From NCBI GenBank assembly GCA_965203575.1, contig OZ241894.1:3724322-3788321 (forward strand): a DNA stretch of 64,000 bases. The letters run 5' to 3'. Of the stretch, positions 61,638 through 64,000 are shown in pieces. Every line of letters starts with the position of its first letter. The first letter of the stretch is position 1. The notes under the pieces were generated by a model that had not been told where the DNA came from, did no database searches, and saw only the letters and a list, made by a program, of their open reading frames with translations. This DNA is from Candidatus Aldehydirespirator sp. (GTDB lineage Bacteria; Actinomycetota; Acidimicrobiia; Acidimicrobiales; Aldehydirespiratoraceae). The position numbers and the translations under genes are program-made.

Positions 61638-64000
61638 GTGGCCCCGCTCCGCTCCGCTGACGCGGAGGCCTTCGTCGCTTGGATGCTTGAGGGGGTCGTC
61701 GCTGACGCACGCGGCGACCGGGTGCAAGAGTTGGCAGTCGCGCCAGCTGGAAGGCTGTGGCTGGGTCGCCTTGCTCCCGAGATCGTCGTTCAACAGAGCC
61801 GCCTCGGGGAGCGAAGCGAGCGTCTTGAGCCATGCGAGATCGGACTGCGTCTGCGTCTGAGCGAGTTCGACGGCCGCACGGTGCGATGCACCGGCCGCTT
61901 CGTTGTGTGGCATGAGATCGACAGCAACGGCGATGCCGATTCGCCGAAGTGGCGCAAGCGTGGCCCCATCGAGGTGACTGCCGATCTCCCAACGCCGCGA
62001 ACGACCGGCGCCATCGAGTCCGCAGGCCGTAACGGCTTCGCTGCCGCGCTGGGAGCGGTCGGCGCCGCTGGCATGATTTGCGAGTTCCATTCGGAGATTG
62101 AAATCGGCAAGGACGGCCCGGAACTCGTCGTCACTCTGGTGAACCTCTCGCCGGAGGAACTGCCGAGATGGGACACCAATGTCTACGAGGCGCGCCTCTT
62201 CGTCAACGCCGGTGAGACGCTGCCCTTCACGCTTGACAACCTTCCGGACTCCTTCCGCTACGACCGCCGGGTCAGCGCCTACGGAGTGAACGGCAGCGTA
62301 AGACAGATCAATGACACGACCTTCTGCACCACTGATGTCGCCGTACACGACCAAGCGCGACTCACATACTGGGACGACGACCTGGGCCCTCCTCCCGACA
62401 TCACCTTCACGAACCTTGCCGCTGCCCCGATTCCAGCGCTTCGCCACCTTGTAGACGCATGTGAGACGTGGGGTGACCATCACTGGGCAACATCAGTCCT
62501 CGCCGATCGTGCCGCCGAGGAGGACTGGGACGACGGCATGCGGGCCGAAGCCGACTCCGAGGCGGGGAAGTTCCACGAGGAACTCGCGCGACTACGCCGA
62601 GGGTTGAGCCTTCTTGAGGACAACGAAGGCCTCCGCCGTAGTTTCAAACTGGCCAACGAAGCCTTCGCTCGGTCACCGCTGGTGTCGCACGCTCGGTGGC
62701 GGCCGTTCCAGCTCGGCTTTCTGCTCGCGAACGTCGCGTCCCTGCTGGACGACACCCCTAACGGAGATCGCGGCATCGTCGACACCTTGTGGTTCGCGAC
62801 CGGAGGCGGAAAGACCGAGACCTATCTGCTGTACCTCCTAACGGCTGCTTTCTTCGACCGGCTGCGGGGCAAGCGAGAGGGCATCACCTCCTGGGCCCGG
62901 TTCCCGCTCCGCATGCTCTCGCTACAACAGACCCAGCGCTTCGCCGACGTCCTCGCTGCGGCAGAACTAATACGCCGCGATGAGCAGATCCCTGGGCGTG
63001 AATTCTCCTTGGGATTCCTCGTGGGATCCGCCGGTACACCCAACAGAATCAGGCGAGGGTCTGACCACCGGCCGGGCGACCCTGACCCCAGCGATCCCCA
63101 CATGCCAGAGCGCTACAAGGTGCTGCTGCGCTGCCCCTTCTGCGGCAACGACGACCTCCAGATGCGCTTTGACCAGGAGCGCTGGGCACTAGACCACGTC
63201 TGTACCGACGAGCGGTGCCCGTGGGGAGGATGGCAGCTTCCATTTCGCGTCGTCGACGACGAGATCTATCGATCATTACCGACTGTCGTCCTCGGGACCC
63301 TCGACAAGGCTGCAAGCGTCTCCTTGCAGGCAGCGATGCGCGGCCTCTACGGCTCCCCTTCAGGTCGTTGTTCGGTCCCAAAGCACGGCTTTACATATGC
63401 CCCCCGCAGCGCCTCACCCGGAGGGTGCCTGTTCCCCGGATGCCGAGCGGACTCGGCTCCCCTTATCCAAGACGCCCACCTGTACGCGCCGACGATCCGC
63501 ATGCAAGACGAGCTCCACCTGTTGCGTGACAGCCTCGGCGCCGTTGACGCACACTACGAAGCACTCCTCGACGCGTTGCAGGACCACTACGGACCGAGGC
63601 CCAAGATCATCGCCTCGTCTGCGACCCTGGCTGGACACGGCGAGCAGGTCGCCGCCCTCTACCAACGCGAGGGCCGGACATTCCCCCATCCTGGACCGCA
63701 GGCGGGCAGATCTTTCTGGTCACAGGACACGCAGGCTCTGGCTCGCCGGTTCGCGGGGCTAGCGCCGCGCGGTGTGACGCTCGAATATGCCACCGACCAG
63801 TTGACCGAGTCGCTCCAGCGCGTGATCCGGCGAGCTGTCGACGACCCCGCGGCCGTTGCAGCGGACACCGGCATCGACGTCGCGGCACTCCCCGAACTGG
63901 TGCTCAACTACGGCGTCGACGTCGTCTACGGCTCCAACCTCAAAGACGTCGAAGCCGTCGCAAGATCCTTCGACTCGCAGATCCAGCTAGATCAGCCGGT
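61638..64000 (+). CDS. large defence-type SF2 DExH helicase-like protein with a zinc-ribbon insertion; N-terminal 787 codons only (runs off window)
   Basis: Not in the ORF track because no stop lies in the window. My translation from GTG at 61638, 2 nt after the C5-MTase stop, reads VAPLRSADAEAFVAWMLEG.... Motif I is WFATGGGKTETYLLYLL and motif Ia is RFPLRMLSLQQ. An inserted CPFCGNDD..x17..CTDERCPWGG follows. Motif II is RMQDELHLL and motif III is IASSATL. Confidence 0.75.
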   Translation, partial: MAPLRSADAEAFVAWMLEGVVADARGDRVQELAVAPAGRLWLGRLAPEIVVQQSRLGERSERLEPCEIGLRLRLSEFDGRTVRCTGRFVVWHEIDSNGDADSPKWRKRGPIEVTADLPTPRTTGAIESAGRNGFAAALGAVGAAGMICEFHSEIEIGKDGPELVVTLVNLSPEELPRWDTNVYEARLFVNAGETLPFTLDNLPDSFRYDRRVSAYGVNGSVRQINDTTFCTTDVAVHDQARLTYWDDDLGPPPDITFTNLAAAPIPALRHLVDACETWGDHHWATSVLADRAAEEDWDDGMRAEADSEAGKFHEELARLRRGLSLLEDNEGLRRSFKLANEAFARSPLVSHARWRPFQLGFLLANVASLLDDTPNGDRGIVDTLWFATGGGKTETYLLYLLTAAFFDRLRGKREGITSWARFPLRMLSLQQTQRFADVLAAAELIRRDEQIPGREFSLGFLVGSAGTPNRIRRGSDHRPGDPDPSDPHMPERYKVLLRCPFCGNDDLQMRFDQERWALDHVCTDERCPWGGWQLPFRVVDDEIYRSLPTVVLGTLDKAASVSLQAAMRGLYGSPSGRCSVPKHGFTYAPRSASPGGCLFPGCRADSAPLIQDAHLYAPTIRMQDELHLLRDSLGAVDAHYEALLDALQDHYGPRPKIIASSATLAGHGEQVAALYQREGRTFPHPGPQAGRSFWSQDTQALARRFAGLAPRGVTLEYATDQLTESLQRVIRRAVDDPAAVAADTGIDVAALPELVLNYGVDVVYGSNLKDVEAVARSFDSQIQLDQP

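Noticed and set aside
61632-62483. A 283-aa minus-strand ORF (and 61790-62179) downstream of the C5 methyltransferase.
   Set aside because: The plus strand over the same interval is one continuous open frame from 61638 to the window edge. It has helicase motifs I, Ia, II and III and a zinc ribbon. The minus-strand product has no motif.
1-64000. Search for rRNA, tRNA, riboswitch-like leaders and CRISPR arrays.
   Set aside because: The few lower-GC gaps are 421-571, 1598-1979, 4186-4261, 22276-22497, 56005-56121, 57394-57599 and 58706-59153. By eye they show no cloverleaf-compatible or conserved RNA signatures. Without a covariance-model scan I will not call any.

Overview
This is a high-GC (about 70%), gene-dense, actinobacterial-type chromosome segment. 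I read it by hand from the six-frame track and translated myself the ORFs that run off the window or use internal starts. No HMM, BLAST or folding was run, so family names are pattern recognition and start codons are approximate.

Layout:
(1) 1-8 kb: housekeeping and toxin-antitoxin-type genes. These are two wHTH-nucleotidyltransferase proteins, a VOC protein, a Doc/RHH pair plus an orphan RHH paralogue, a DinG helicase, and a lone XDH/CoxL-type molybdoenzyme.
(2) 8-22 kb: a segmentally duplicated polymorphic-toxin locus. A 1232-aa Sec-secreted protein ends in a prokaryotic phospholipase-A2-like domain. It is followed by a lipoprotein (candidate immunity) and a pilin-like gene. Upstream lies an array of promoterless toxin-tip/lipoprotein cassettes, one cut by an IS3 element, and a promoter-plus-5'-end/toxin-tip chimera.
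(3) 22.4-55.3 kb: a catabolic island tied together by five copies of one 25-bp operator-like motif, with an IclR regulator. It holds a cluster resembling the plant chlorophyll-breakdown enzyme set: a NOL-like SDR, a chlorophyllase-like hydrolase, a PAO-like Rieske oxygenase and two RCCR-like proteins. Around these are many GxWxG beta-barrel paralogues, followed by an imidase/amidase/maleate-isomerase/CoA-transferase/lyase module and a heavily fused ABC transporter.
(4) 56-64 kb: an accessory/defence segment. It holds an AAA ATPase, an N4/N6 methyltransferase, an integrase remnant, a C5 methyltransferase, and a large DExH helicase with a zinc ribbon that runs off the window.

I saw no rRNA, tRNA or CRISPR array.
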